From assembly GCA_964584335.1 (NCBI GenBank), contig CAZOZN010000002.1:66974-130973 (forward strand): 64,000 nt of DNA. The letters run 5' to 3'. This DNA is from an uncultured archaeon. GTDB lineage: Archaea; Aenigmatarchaeota; Aenigmatarchaeia; PWEA01; JAGHBM01. The stretch's first letter is position 1, and every line of letters begins with the position of its first letter. The position numbers and the translations under genes were made by a program. Below are positions 10,901-17,863 of this stretch, piece by piece. The notes under the pieces were generated by a model. That model saw nothing but the letters and a program-made list of their open reading frames with translations. It had not been told where the DNA came from and did no database searches.

Positions 10901-13900
10901 TTCAAGACAGTATTGTCGTTTATATAACCAATTATGTTTAATATGCTTTCGTTGACCGAATCCGGTAGAGGCCATATTATTGGTATGTTTGATATGCTTC
11001 TGATTGTTACATTGCTCGAATTTACATATTTATCATCATAAAGACCATGAACATCTCCTAACTTAACTGAACACGATACCTCGTCGTCCAAAACGAAAGG
11101 ATAGTCTAATACTTGACCGTTCTCGCCCGGTACCTCGACACCATTTATATGCCACTTGAACAATGCCAATGAAGCATTTTCATTGTTTGAAATGCAAACA
11201 TCAGATGAGTTCGCGGCACCGGTACCAGAAAAGTTATATTCATATGTACAGTTCAAATCTGACTTGGTGTTAGGATAACCGGGGCTTACCGCAACATTCT
11301 GTGCAGTAGGTCTGTGGTTAACATAAAAAACACTACTGTAAACAGAAGAACAGTCTAATTCATAACAAATTTTAGAGTAATAAGTTTGATTAGTGTCATC
11401 AGATTTTACAGCGGTATAATTTGCAAAAAAAGGATCTGACATAACTTCCCCGCCGACCGGAGACTGATAGTATGTCTTTCCTGTACAGCCACCAAGATCT
11501 ATTTCAGGAGAATCGCAGATGTAAAGAAACATATCCTCTTCACCCGTACTGTTAATCATTTCCCAATCCAAAACAAAACTTAACTCTTCTCCAACATTAA
11601 CAGGATTTGTTGGCTCGTTTGAATCCATATCTACTATGAATGGTGTGCTGTCATTTGCAGCAACTACTACAAAGGATATTGAGCTGTTCTTTTTATTTGC
11701 CAAACTATATTGGTCAGTTGCCATGTATTCGCATATCCATTGTTGGCCGATGTTTGTCCTGCTCGGATTTATATGATCTGCCGGTCCGTAATATTCCCAG
11801 ACTGCAAGAGATTCATTTCTATAATACCAAAATGTTTGGTTGTTTGTTATGTCATGTCCGTCTGGGTCATGGGCACTGTAACTGCATGTTATTGTCTGGT
11901 TGTTTAAAGGGTAAGAGGGGCTAATGTTTACCCAGTCAATTATGGGTTTTCTGTTTACGTAAAATGTGTTTGACCTAATATTTGAACAGGCTCCCTCGTC
12001 ATCACATACCTTTATCTTGTAATCGTTTTCCCATTCTTCATTGGATGATGCAGTAAAAGAACAGCTTACTGGATTGGATGAAGTAGAGGTTGTGTTGCAG
12101 TAAGTTTTTCCGTCGCAAACCCCACCCTCAAGATAATTTATCTTTATATCAGGGTCGTAGTATGTGGTATTTGATGAGACTCCTATCTCCATGGCTTCAT
12201 AATCTCCCGAAGTGCTGTTGGCGTGAATAAAAACACCTTCCCCGCCATTATCACATTCTTCGTCATTGTCATTATCCAAGCAAATCTTGAAACCTATATA
12301 TTTGTCTGGATAAGCCGCAGCACTGTACTCTAACTTAAATGTGTTGTACTCGTTCATGGTCAATGATACATCGTTTACCTTGCCAATCAAGAAGTTCGTG
12401 TCCGTAGTCAACTTCTCATCAACTTCGTAAGCATAAATATCGTATGTATGGTTAGTTCTATTTCCAGAACCCTCCCAATCGAAAGGCCTTATTGAAATAG
12501 TATCGGCTGTCATGCCCGTTCTGTTGGTGTAAAACCAAACGCTTGTAGTATTTCCAAAAGATATATTATCCAAGCCGTCACTGTATTGTTCTTCGTCGCT
12601 CATGAAGTTCTCGCATACGTACATGTTTATCTGGCTATCATCCTCGTCTATCCAGGAAGCAAAGAAGTTTATTGTATCTCCTATCTCAACCGAGTACTCG
12701 CTGGAGTTTGCGTCGTTCCAATCATTGGCAAGACCTGGATTTGCGTTCATTTGAACTGTATATATTGTGGAATTTCTATACTCTGAATCAAAAAGATGGT
12801 TAACAAAAACAGGCCAAGTATAATCTATATCCTTTACCATGACCGAACATTTTATTTTATCATCCTTACTAAACCAAGTCTGCTCATCTGTGTTCACCAA
12901 AGTTCTACCATTTTGTCCTTCAAGAGGGACCCAGTTGTTTAAACCATCTATATTCTTGTACCAAAAGAACCTTGCTTCTGTAGTGTTTTCTGTATCACCC
13001 AAATCATTATCAAAGAAAGTGTAATTGCAACTTAGTGTGGTTGAATCGTTGCTTTCTATCTGTTCTACATGAACATTCTGTGCAGTTGGTCTGCTGTTGT
13101 TTATGTAAGTTATCTTGGGGTTGCCCTGTGCATCCTGTGTATAATTAGAAACACCGTATTCCTTGCCATCATATGGTGTCATATAGCATGAATATTTGTC
13201 TCCTTTTTCTATGTTAGTTATTGTAACTATACATTCGTGTGTAGCGCCGTTAGGTTTTTCTACATCTTCCCACTGGCTCTCGTTTATTGGGAAACAGTTT
13301 ACTGTACCGCTCATGTCATTAGAACCTGTCGGATATCTTATACCGGTTATATAATACAAAGCTGAAAAACTAAAATCGCAGAAACCGTAGTTTATGTCAT
13401 GCATAAAGCCTACACATTGTACAGTATCTAATTTTGTTGGGTTTTCTGGGGTTATTACAACACCATCCATTATTGGTTCTGCGTTAGGTTCGGCACAAAC
13501 AGGACCAGTCCACCCAGAGACATCTCCACTAGAACCAACAGCCCTCACGCTGTAACAATATGTTTCACAATCTGTGAGTCCGCTATCCACGTAAAAAGGT
13601 ACTGAAGTATTTACTACAAAACTTCCGTCATCAAGAATTATTGTAAATGTTTCTAAATTATCCCAGCTTCCGTCCCAATTCCAGGACATGTTTAATGAAC
13701 CTCCCTGGTCATTAGGTAAATCAGAAACTTTCAGATTTGAAGGGTCAGGTACGACTATGTTGTTTATTGTTGCACGCCTTGGAGTATCCAAGGTAACGGT
13801 ATCATTACCATCTGTTGCAGTAACATTAAAGTAGTAATTTCCGTCATCTTTTAGCGTGGTGTCATAATCTATTGAAAAAGTATTGCTGGGACCAACTTCA

Positions 13901-14145
13901 TTGTCTTCGCCTATAGATTCCCAACTGCTTCCGTCATTGGATATAAAGAAATAAACAGTAGTAGTGTTTTGATTTCCACTGCCTGTAACTTGAGCCGTAA
14001 TAGTATAAGTCCCAGATATTTCTCCGTTCTCTGAAGGTTGGTTGATTTGTATTCCGCTAAGGTCAGCAATAACAAATATACTGAATAATATCAAAGTTGC
14101 TACCGTTACCAGATAGAACAGTTTATTGTCTAACCCTATAGACAT
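4954..14145 (-). CDS. Giant (3063 aa) cell-surface glycoprotein: Ig/FN3-like repeats, PGF-pre-PGF-like domain, C-terminal TM and cytoplasmic OB-fold-like tail
   Basis: Signal-like N-terminus, abundant N-x-S/T sequons, repeated NxxP..V..P..P/..C.Y...D units, DxDxD Ca-binding stretch, Thr/Gly linker, GFSHFAI motif, CGNGICE Cys motif, TM helix. Confidence 0.85.
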   Translation of the reverse strand: MSIGLDNKLFYLVTVATLILFSIFVIADLSGIQINQPSENGEISGTYTITAQVTGSGNQNTTTVYFFISNDGSSWESIGEDNEVGPSNTFSIDYDTTLKDDGNYYFNVTATDGNDTVTLDTPRRATINNIVVPDPSNLKVSDLPNDQGGSLNMSWNWDGSWDNLETFTIILDDGSFVVNTSVPFYVDSGLTDCETYCYSVRAVGSSGDVSGWTGPVCAEPNAEPIMDGVVITPENPTKLDTVQCVGFMHDINYGFCDFSFSALYYITGIRYPTGSNDMSGTVNCFPINESQWEDVEKPNGATHECIVTITNIEKGDKYSCYMTPYDGKEYGVSNYTQDAQGNPKITYINNSRPTAQNVHVEQIESNDSTTLSCNYTFFDNDLGDTENTTEARFFWYKNIDGLNNWVPLEGQNGRTLVNTDEQTWFSKDDKIKCSVMVKDIDYTWPVFVNHLFDSEYRNSTIYTVQMNANPGLANDWNDANSSEYSVEIGDTINFFASWIDEDDSQINMYVCENFMSDEEQYSDGLDNISFGNTTSVWFYTNRTGMTADTISIRPFDWEGSGNRTNHTYDIYAYEVDEKLTTDTNFLIGKVNDVSLTMNEYNTFKLEYSAAAYPDKYIGFKICLDNDNDEECDNGGEGVFIHANSTSGDYEAMEIGVSSNTTYYDPDIKINYLEGGVCDGKTYCNTTSTSSNPVSCSFTASSNEEWENDYKIKVCDDEGACSNIRSNTFYVNRKPIIDWVNISPSYPLNNQTITCSYSAHDPDGHDITNNQTFWYYRNESLAVWEYYGPADHINPSRTNIGQQWICEYMATDQYSLANKKNSSISFVVVAANDSTPFIVDMDSNEPTNPVNVGEELSFVLDWEMINSTGEEDMFLYICDSPEIDLGGCTGKTYYQSPVGGEVMSDPFFANYTAVKSDDTNQTYYSKICYELDCSSVYSSVFYVNHRPTAQNVAVSPGYPNTKSDLNCTYEYNFSGTGAANSSDVCISNNENASLALFKWHINGVEVPGENGQVLDYPFVLDDEVSCSVKLGDVHGLYDDKYVNSSNVTIRSISNIPIIWPLPDSVNESILNIIGYINDNTVLNVTGQALDNENTPHTNVTTQFERTIKLGDNVIVENITEGSNYIKINSTSHKSFNSSTYLRIENQNRTYFEYYNITGKVKIEGVLYDYYKVYISPNLEENVTVGIVVHSYNNSYPNGWFNLSLNLWEGENTLRVRGKNSVGSGATFEDNVYFDNHTPVFDLYMIPNGTITEEIVLDFNISDDYGLNMSTLLLNISNGTYNKNYYYDENISCFDERAVTDYLESENILSGGKIYEVVPYSVEDWVVFQVHYDNSTDTTDLMGEGDSYTLSDGSEIFLKEKYNNSVKYFLTSLDIQDKTYCFVETLMDMGDSNLTFSITDKSGNFGSEAKEITVGNITQPAPDVYIESSIVHDTELFMSWNISTGDPTSVSSLEYTVGDEPYPNQYWYSVTDGWVTATQEEINNGNLTTDELDLVDDETYYFNVRYKKYSWSDWSLIGTSPSIKYLETQEPSDRPTPVEITTPREVHNTEVLNASWTESTASEGYNIDYYEYAVGISKYPDSGWNITSDGWINNGLDRNVSREFNLTNKGTYYFSVRAIDDGGLVSNITSSGPTTYYNQIAPTATVMSVENDTYMYDGWLDDVNNSLTNITVHGNRNITCYYSEYDRKFIDMVTWGDSKCNASGEWGENLTCQIPNLTIDNQYTFHIACKDSDGREQNRDQNTQVVFSIDFSPPVINVIHPTERNYTKRQGKFGFNDVFLFNITDYPGGVGGANVTISNATNIIQTGDLVFYSYENSEFSWFNENYTEGNYSITVESWDNFNHYSTYTRNFTLDKTPPNITADILGEVNGSYFREGFNVTTNIQDYTNVTYTVTNTNVSGTNTSVGYGNDVNWTTYVNVSGLEDGEYLLNYIAKDSVDNTVNSSVNFYVDNHAWFNQSNPIGNYTLVEEKTFSNALDLDEYFLNLTTEDVEYTYSGNENISIEIPVREEVLLSDWENSGESGSGYVVMQFSDTNVILMNANGTFYQNVTANSSTKYMLTGEHKSNNTNDFVYSVIFSCYNDGEFIGSEQYEFNSTASWKGLSFNYTTLPQANKIKIELSQKYDSFNQSTNSQWRNFNLYKYYDHGHMVSFTPNDNWVGVEYVTFYANDSFGVIQPSNTIKLNVTEDYCNPPSSGPWVLNQTQTAQCSKADQSLLNNLDYLNITDQTVMNMSSLVLNIPIRFKDNSTGYARNSILHDTLYLTDNSTFIAWNTSLNIVELKGDSTLEVYNSPQTIITLNIDGNQNLRLDNENVGSATFRRTSGEIINSTINSSTFYINGTGEIFNLKEGVNNGYINTTDMNLNFTNVLIGNVSVYSLSDSLLNVNNSYITMFDNEGTVNFYDSYLGTLRLDGNSSSNFTNCSTGVLIPDTDSGETSVIYGNLSVGSKQSISAGKIERHYPFYAYNGEGNLLSDLNVTVQSNYFSTSGGYVEFPVEFNSSNCGDEIIIYTDGLNLINISLDENTPVSLQDWLLDPDGDENPILNDTDDDNDGIVDSSDSLTGDETWIETNTAGINISVNGSYNLNQIFSGTLFTVIHDSYGIVASFYWNYSESTLELQYINITKGKTSNKMEYLVINGLEMQNGLTKTVYLNKTNSSSRVCVYDEDSVSLTVLTSDINCAGGVSLYCPGTSGGYSCSIESNTTLNITGLAHSGVIQMTETTTTTSSTTTTIDGGGGGGTSGGSSGGYTGATSINVSQDRVEINGLSMSKDIMKTVDIEDWNGMVYRIVFYPINTVYNAQVIMEKLDEWHVFEVPRISRDGWKLYHYLKVDTSNINDRVDNIDFYFSVDKDWIRKNNVGTVSLWKYDGGWKELETEEIKEIADKKEYKSNFEGFSHFAIMGKVRETTTSIIQNPIEDDDTVCGNGICEFGEDEEDCPSDCGRSSRNEIDMIWLIPLILVILIIFGIKLYFKKHGRGAPKPVKIKPTPPPDHKLRIGDIVAEPDKYKGKRVKIDGKIVYSEFIPEENRMFYRIKDSTGQISGLCRHAGYEGRGVIKGIVRKKDGKLYIEF

Positions 14146-14347
14146 ATGCCTTACCTACCTCCATTCTTTCAAGTTTGTTTTGATGACGCAGACATTCTAA
14201 ATAGCCTGCAAGAAAATCCCTTCTAACACCCAACCTTTTTGCTAAAGATGACACGGACATCAATCCACTCTTAAGTTGTTTAACTATCTTATTCTCTAGA
14301 TCGCTTGGGATTTCGTCCTTCATTTCACAACCTACTATTGTTATCAT
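14123..14347 (-). CDS. Small winged helix-turn-helix protein
   Basis: SVSSLAKRLGVRRDFLAGYLECL...EVGKAYVY wHTH pattern; overlaps start of the giant gene; alternative ATG 14323. Confidence 0.75.
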   Translation of the reverse strand: MITIVGCEMKDEIPSDLENKIVKQLKSGLMSVSSLAKRLGVRRDFLAGYLECLRHQNKLERMEVGKAYVYRVRQ

Positions 14348-14372
14348 ATTTCTATAATATAAAGTTTACTAT

Positions 14373-14388
14373 GTAACTATATAGTTAC
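14373..14388. promoter_or_regulatory. Perfect 16-bp palindrome GTAACTATATAGTTAC, candidate operator
   Basis: Exact palindrome about 25 bp upstream of the wHTH gene, in AT-rich promoter DNA. Confidence 0.45.
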
Positions 14389-14525
14389 TATATAATTTTA
14401 TTATAGTTTTTATAAAGTTATTATATATTATATATAAAGTTATTATAATAAAACAATATAGAAATAATATAGATAAAATAAAGTAATCAAATAGTTTTAT
14501 TATAGTATCTATAATTATAAGATGA

Positions 14526-14593
14526 GGCCCTCAGCCCGCTTATACTAAACGCACAAAAATATACGTAAATCCATATCGGCTCATCATCGGGCC
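14526..14593 (-). ncRNA. Box C/D-type small RNA with internal BHB-like element
   Basis: GGCCC/GGGCC terminal stem, box C AUGAUGA, box D CUGA; TTTATATA box about 30 nt upstream. Confidence 0.7.
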
Positions 14594-14628
14594 ATTTAAT
14601 TAATTGATTTAAAAATTATATAAAAAGG

Positions 14629-14872
14629 TGGTGGACCCACCGGGACTCGAACCCGGGATCTCTACCAACTAAGGCACCGTTTTTCCGTGCACGCTTTTTC
14701 TAAAAGGGTGCTTGCCAAGGTAGCGTCCTTTTGGTATCAAACCAAAAATTGAAAATTTTTGATTTTCATATTTCCATTGTCCAGGCCATTCTTTTTTCAC
14801 AAATTTCGTGTGAGTTTCTTTTCCACGAGTGTTTTTCTTTGCGAAAGAAAAGGCCTCCTAGACTATGGGCCC
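14629..14872 (-). tRNA. tRNA-Ala(GGC) with three introns (15/16, ~21/22, 37/38)
   Basis: GGGCCCA/UGGGUCC acceptor with G3:U70, UUCGAGU T-loop, encoded CCA; introns about 14777-14857, 14729-14771, 14668-14712. Confidence 0.88.
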
Positions 14873-14903
14873 AACAAAATTATAAAACATTCAAAGAATA
14901 AAT

Positions 14904-15392
14904 TCATTTTGCTCTTTGCCATTCTCCCACTTTCTTCCCGTTTAAAACTTTATCCATCATGACAAGCTCGTCATAAATACCTTCTATTAGCTCGTAATTC
15001 TTGGCTTCTTCCAGACTAACCCAAGCGTGGTCGATTGATTCTTCGTTTAGCACCACTTCCCCAGATTCATGTTCAGCATAAAGGCTTAAAACAACAACCG
15101 GAACATTATCAGGTCTAACAAAAGTAAGGCTTGTCAAATAATTTATGTTCTTTATCTCGAGACCTGTTTCCTCTTTGACTTCCCTTCTCAGAAGGTCCTC
15201 AATAACATTGTACCAGTGAGAAGAAGTATCTTTCTCTCTCTTGCTGTAATCATCAAAATCGAGTTTCCCTCCAGGAACTGTCCACATTCCCGGAAAAGCT
15301 TTTTCCTCAGGAGAACGCCTTGTTATTAGAAACTTACCGTCTTTTATTATTATACCGGTTACAACTACGTAATGTGCATTATTCTTTTTCAT
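14904..15392 (-). CDS. NUDIX hydrolase (MutT-like)
   Basis: PGGK...RREVKEETGL Nudix box. Confidence 0.9.
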   Translation of the reverse strand: MKKNNAHYVVVTGIIIKDGKFLITRRSPEEKAFPGMWTVPGGKLDFDDYSKREKDTSSHWYNVIEDLLRREVKEETGLEIKNINYLTSLTFVRPDNVPVVVLSLYAEHESGEVVLNEESIDHAWVSLEEAKNYELIEGIYDELVMMDKVLNGKKVGEWQRAK

Positions 15393-15460
15393 AATAAGAA
15401 TTGTTTAAAAAAATATAAAAGTTTATATAGAATAGACTTGAAAGATATGTGTGGTGTATT

Positions 15461-17062
15461 ATGGATATTTCTATTTTAGTTGGAGGAGAAGCGGGGGATG
15501 GTATAAAACAATCAGGAGTTATAATTGCCAAAATATTCAATGAACTTGGTTATCATGTTTTTGTTTATGATGATTATCAGTCCCTGGTAAGAGGAGGACA
15601 TAATTTCTCTATAGTAAGAGTTTCTGACGAAAAGATATACAGCCACAATGATAATGTTGACCTTATGGTGGCATTCAACCAAGACACTATAGAAAAGCAC
15701 AAATGGAGAGCAAAGGAAATAATATACGACTCAGATAAAGTAAAGTCAGATGGAATAGGGATACCTGCACATTCTTGGGCAAAAGATAACGGAAGCCCCC
15801 TTCTGAGAAATTCTATATTTATAGGTTCTATATGCAAGTATGCGGGAGTTGATTTAATAACTGCAGAAAAAATAGTAAAAGAATCTTTTCACAAATTTAT
15901 TGACGAAAACCTTAAGGCACTTAAGTTCGGCAACGAAAAAATAGAAAAAAAGTATGACTTCTACAAAATAGGAGAACCCAGAGAAGTTATGACTGGTAAC
16001 GAAGCCATATCACGTGGTGCCGCTGCTGCAGGAATGAAAATATACATAGCTTATCCAATGACCCCTGCATCTTCTATTCTACATTACCTTGCAAAAAAAG
16101 AAGAAGATTTGGGTGTGGTTACCGCTCAGGTAGAAAATGAGATAGGAGTCGCAAACATGGCAGTAGGTTCGTCTTTTGCTGGAGTAAGAACAATGGTGGG
16201 AACCTCCGGAGGAGGTTTTGCCTTGATGGGAGAAACTGTCAGCATGTGCGCTATGAGCGAGACTCCTGTACTTTTTGTAAACAGCCAAAGAGCTGGACCA
16301 AGTACTGGAGTTCCGACATATACAATGCAGGCTGATTTAAATTTTGTGCTTAATATAGGACACGGTGATATGACAAAAATAACTATAGCTCCCGGTGACG
16401 CGGAAGAATCATATCTTTTGGCCGGAAAGCTCATGAACCTTATATGGAAATATCAAGTTCCCGGAGTTCTTCTTGTAGACAAAGAAATAAGTGAAAGTAC
16501 ATTTTCTGTTAAACTTCCAGAAGTAGAAGTAGAAGAAGCCAAGTTATGGAAAGGTAGCGGGGATTATGAAAGATACAAGCTCACAGATGACGGAATATCT
16601 CCGCTTGCATTCCCCGGCGACGTTTCAACAGCAAAAGGAACAAGCTACGAACACGATGAAAAAGGAATTACGGTTGAAGAAGATGTTGAGATGATAAAAA
16701 AGATGCAGGAAAAGAGACTGAAAAAGATGGAAATATTAAAAGAAGATATGAAAAAAGAAGAAACTGTAAAAGTTTATGGTAACAAAAAATCAAAAGTTAC
16801 TCTTTTAACTTGGGGTTCGAGCAAGGGTCCTTGTATAGACGCCGCAAAAGAGCTTGACCTTAAGGTAGTACAGCCTCTTTATTTAGAGCCTATGCCCACA
16901 TGGGAATTGGAAAAACATCTCAAAGGAAGGGTAATAGCAGTGGAAGTAAATGCTACCGGTCAGTTAGCAAACATACTGGGAATAAAAGAAAGATTACTTA
17001 AATATGACGGAAGACCGTTTACCGCAGATGAATTAAAGAAAAGGTTGGAGGAGATTTTATGA
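15461..17062 (+). CDS. korA: 2-oxoacid:ferredoxin oxidoreductase alpha subunit (gamma-alpha fusion)
   Basis: GGEAGDG, YPMTP, GTSGGG and RAGPSTG motifs. Confidence 0.92.
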   Translation: MDISILVGGEAGDGIKQSGVIIAKIFNELGYHVFVYDDYQSLVRGGHNFSIVRVSDEKIYSHNDNVDLMVAFNQDTIEKHKWRAKEIIYDSDKVKSDGIGIPAHSWAKDNGSPLLRNSIFIGSICKYAGVDLITAEKIVKESFHKFIDENLKALKFGNEKIEKKYDFYKIGEPREVMTGNEAISRGAAAAGMKIYIAYPMTPASSILHYLAKKEEDLGVVTAQVENEIGVANMAVGSSFAGVRTMVGTSGGGFALMGETVSMCAMSETPVLFVNSQRAGPSTGVPTYTMQADLNFVLNIGHGDMTKITIAPGDAEESYLLAGKLMNLIWKYQVPGVLLVDKEISESTFSVKLPEVEVEEAKLWKGSGDYERYKLTDDGISPLAFPGDVSTAKGTSYEHDEKGITVEEDVEMIKKMQEKRLKKMEILKEDMKKEETVKVYGNKKSKVTLLTWGSSKGPCIDAAKELDLKVVQPLYLEPMPTWELEKHLKGRVIAVEVNATGQLANILGIKERLLKYDGRPFTADELKKRLEEIL

Positions 17063-17862
17063 ATCTTAACACTGAAGCAAACAATACGTGGTGCCCGGGT
17101 TGCGGACACTTTGTAATACTCTCGGCTGCAAGACAAGCTATTGAAGGACTCATAGAAGAAGGCAGAAAACACGAGAATTTTGCAATAGCATCTGGTATAG
17201 GTTGTCATGCAAAAATAGTAGATTACATAAAAGTAAACAGTTTTTATTCTATTCATGGTAGGGTTCCTCCCACAATAAGCGGAATGAAAATTGCTAATCC
17301 AGAACTGGATGTAATAGGATTTGCAGGCGATGGTGACGGTTATGGTGAGGGTATATCACATCTGATATTCGCGGCAAAGAGGAATATAGACATAACAATG
17401 GTAATACACAACAACAGAATTTACGGTTTAACCACGGGACAGTTTTCACCTACCACACCAAAAGGCTTAAAGACAAAGTCAACACCCGCGGGCAACAGCG
17501 AGTATCCACTAAATCCAATAAAACTTATGATTTCTTCCGGAGCAACATTTGTAGCAAGGTCTTCTTCCACAGACATGAATCATCTCAAAGAAATGATAAA
17601 GGAAGGTATAAACCACAAAGGTTTCGCAATAATAGACGTAATAGAACCTTGTTTAAGCTTTTACAATTCACTGGAGTATCTAAGAAAAAATGTTTATAAG
17701 ATGGAAAACCATGACCCGACGGACATGAAAAAAGCATTAGAAAGAGCGGGAGAATGGAAATACTCGGCAGAAGGAAAGGTTCCGATAGGAGTTTTTTACA
17801 AGGAAGAAAAATCAACATATAATGACAATCTGCTTAAAGACAGGAACCCTAGAAAGATGTAA
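17059..17862 (+). CDS. korB: 2-oxoacid:ferredoxin oxidoreductase beta subunit
   Basis: WCPGCG, GIGC, GDGD TPP motif, NNRIYGLTTGQ. Confidence 0.93.
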   Translation: MNLNTEANNTWCPGCGHFVILSAARQAIEGLIEEGRKHENFAIASGIGCHAKIVDYIKVNSFYSIHGRVPPTISGMKIANPELDVIGFAGDGDGYGEGISHLIFAAKRNIDITMVIHNNRIYGLTTGQFSPTTPKGLKTKSTPAGNSEYPLNPIKLMISSGATFVARSSSTDMNHLKEMIKEGINHKGFAIIDVIEPCLSFYNSLEYLRKNVYKMENHDPTDMKKALERAGEWKYSAEGKVPIGVFYKEEKSTYNDNLLKDRNPRKM

Positions 17863-17863
17863 T

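Noticed and set aside
5189-13024. Short plus-strand ORFs inside the giant gene
   Set aside because: Antisense shadows of the 3063-aa CDS.
14350-14520. AT-rich repeats as a CRISPR array
   Set aside because: No fixed-length repeat-spacer periodicity and no cas genes; same for 61040-61165 and 62200-62340.
14759-14962. 67-aa ORF
   Set aside because: Overlaps tRNA-Ala and the NUDIX gene on the opposite strand.
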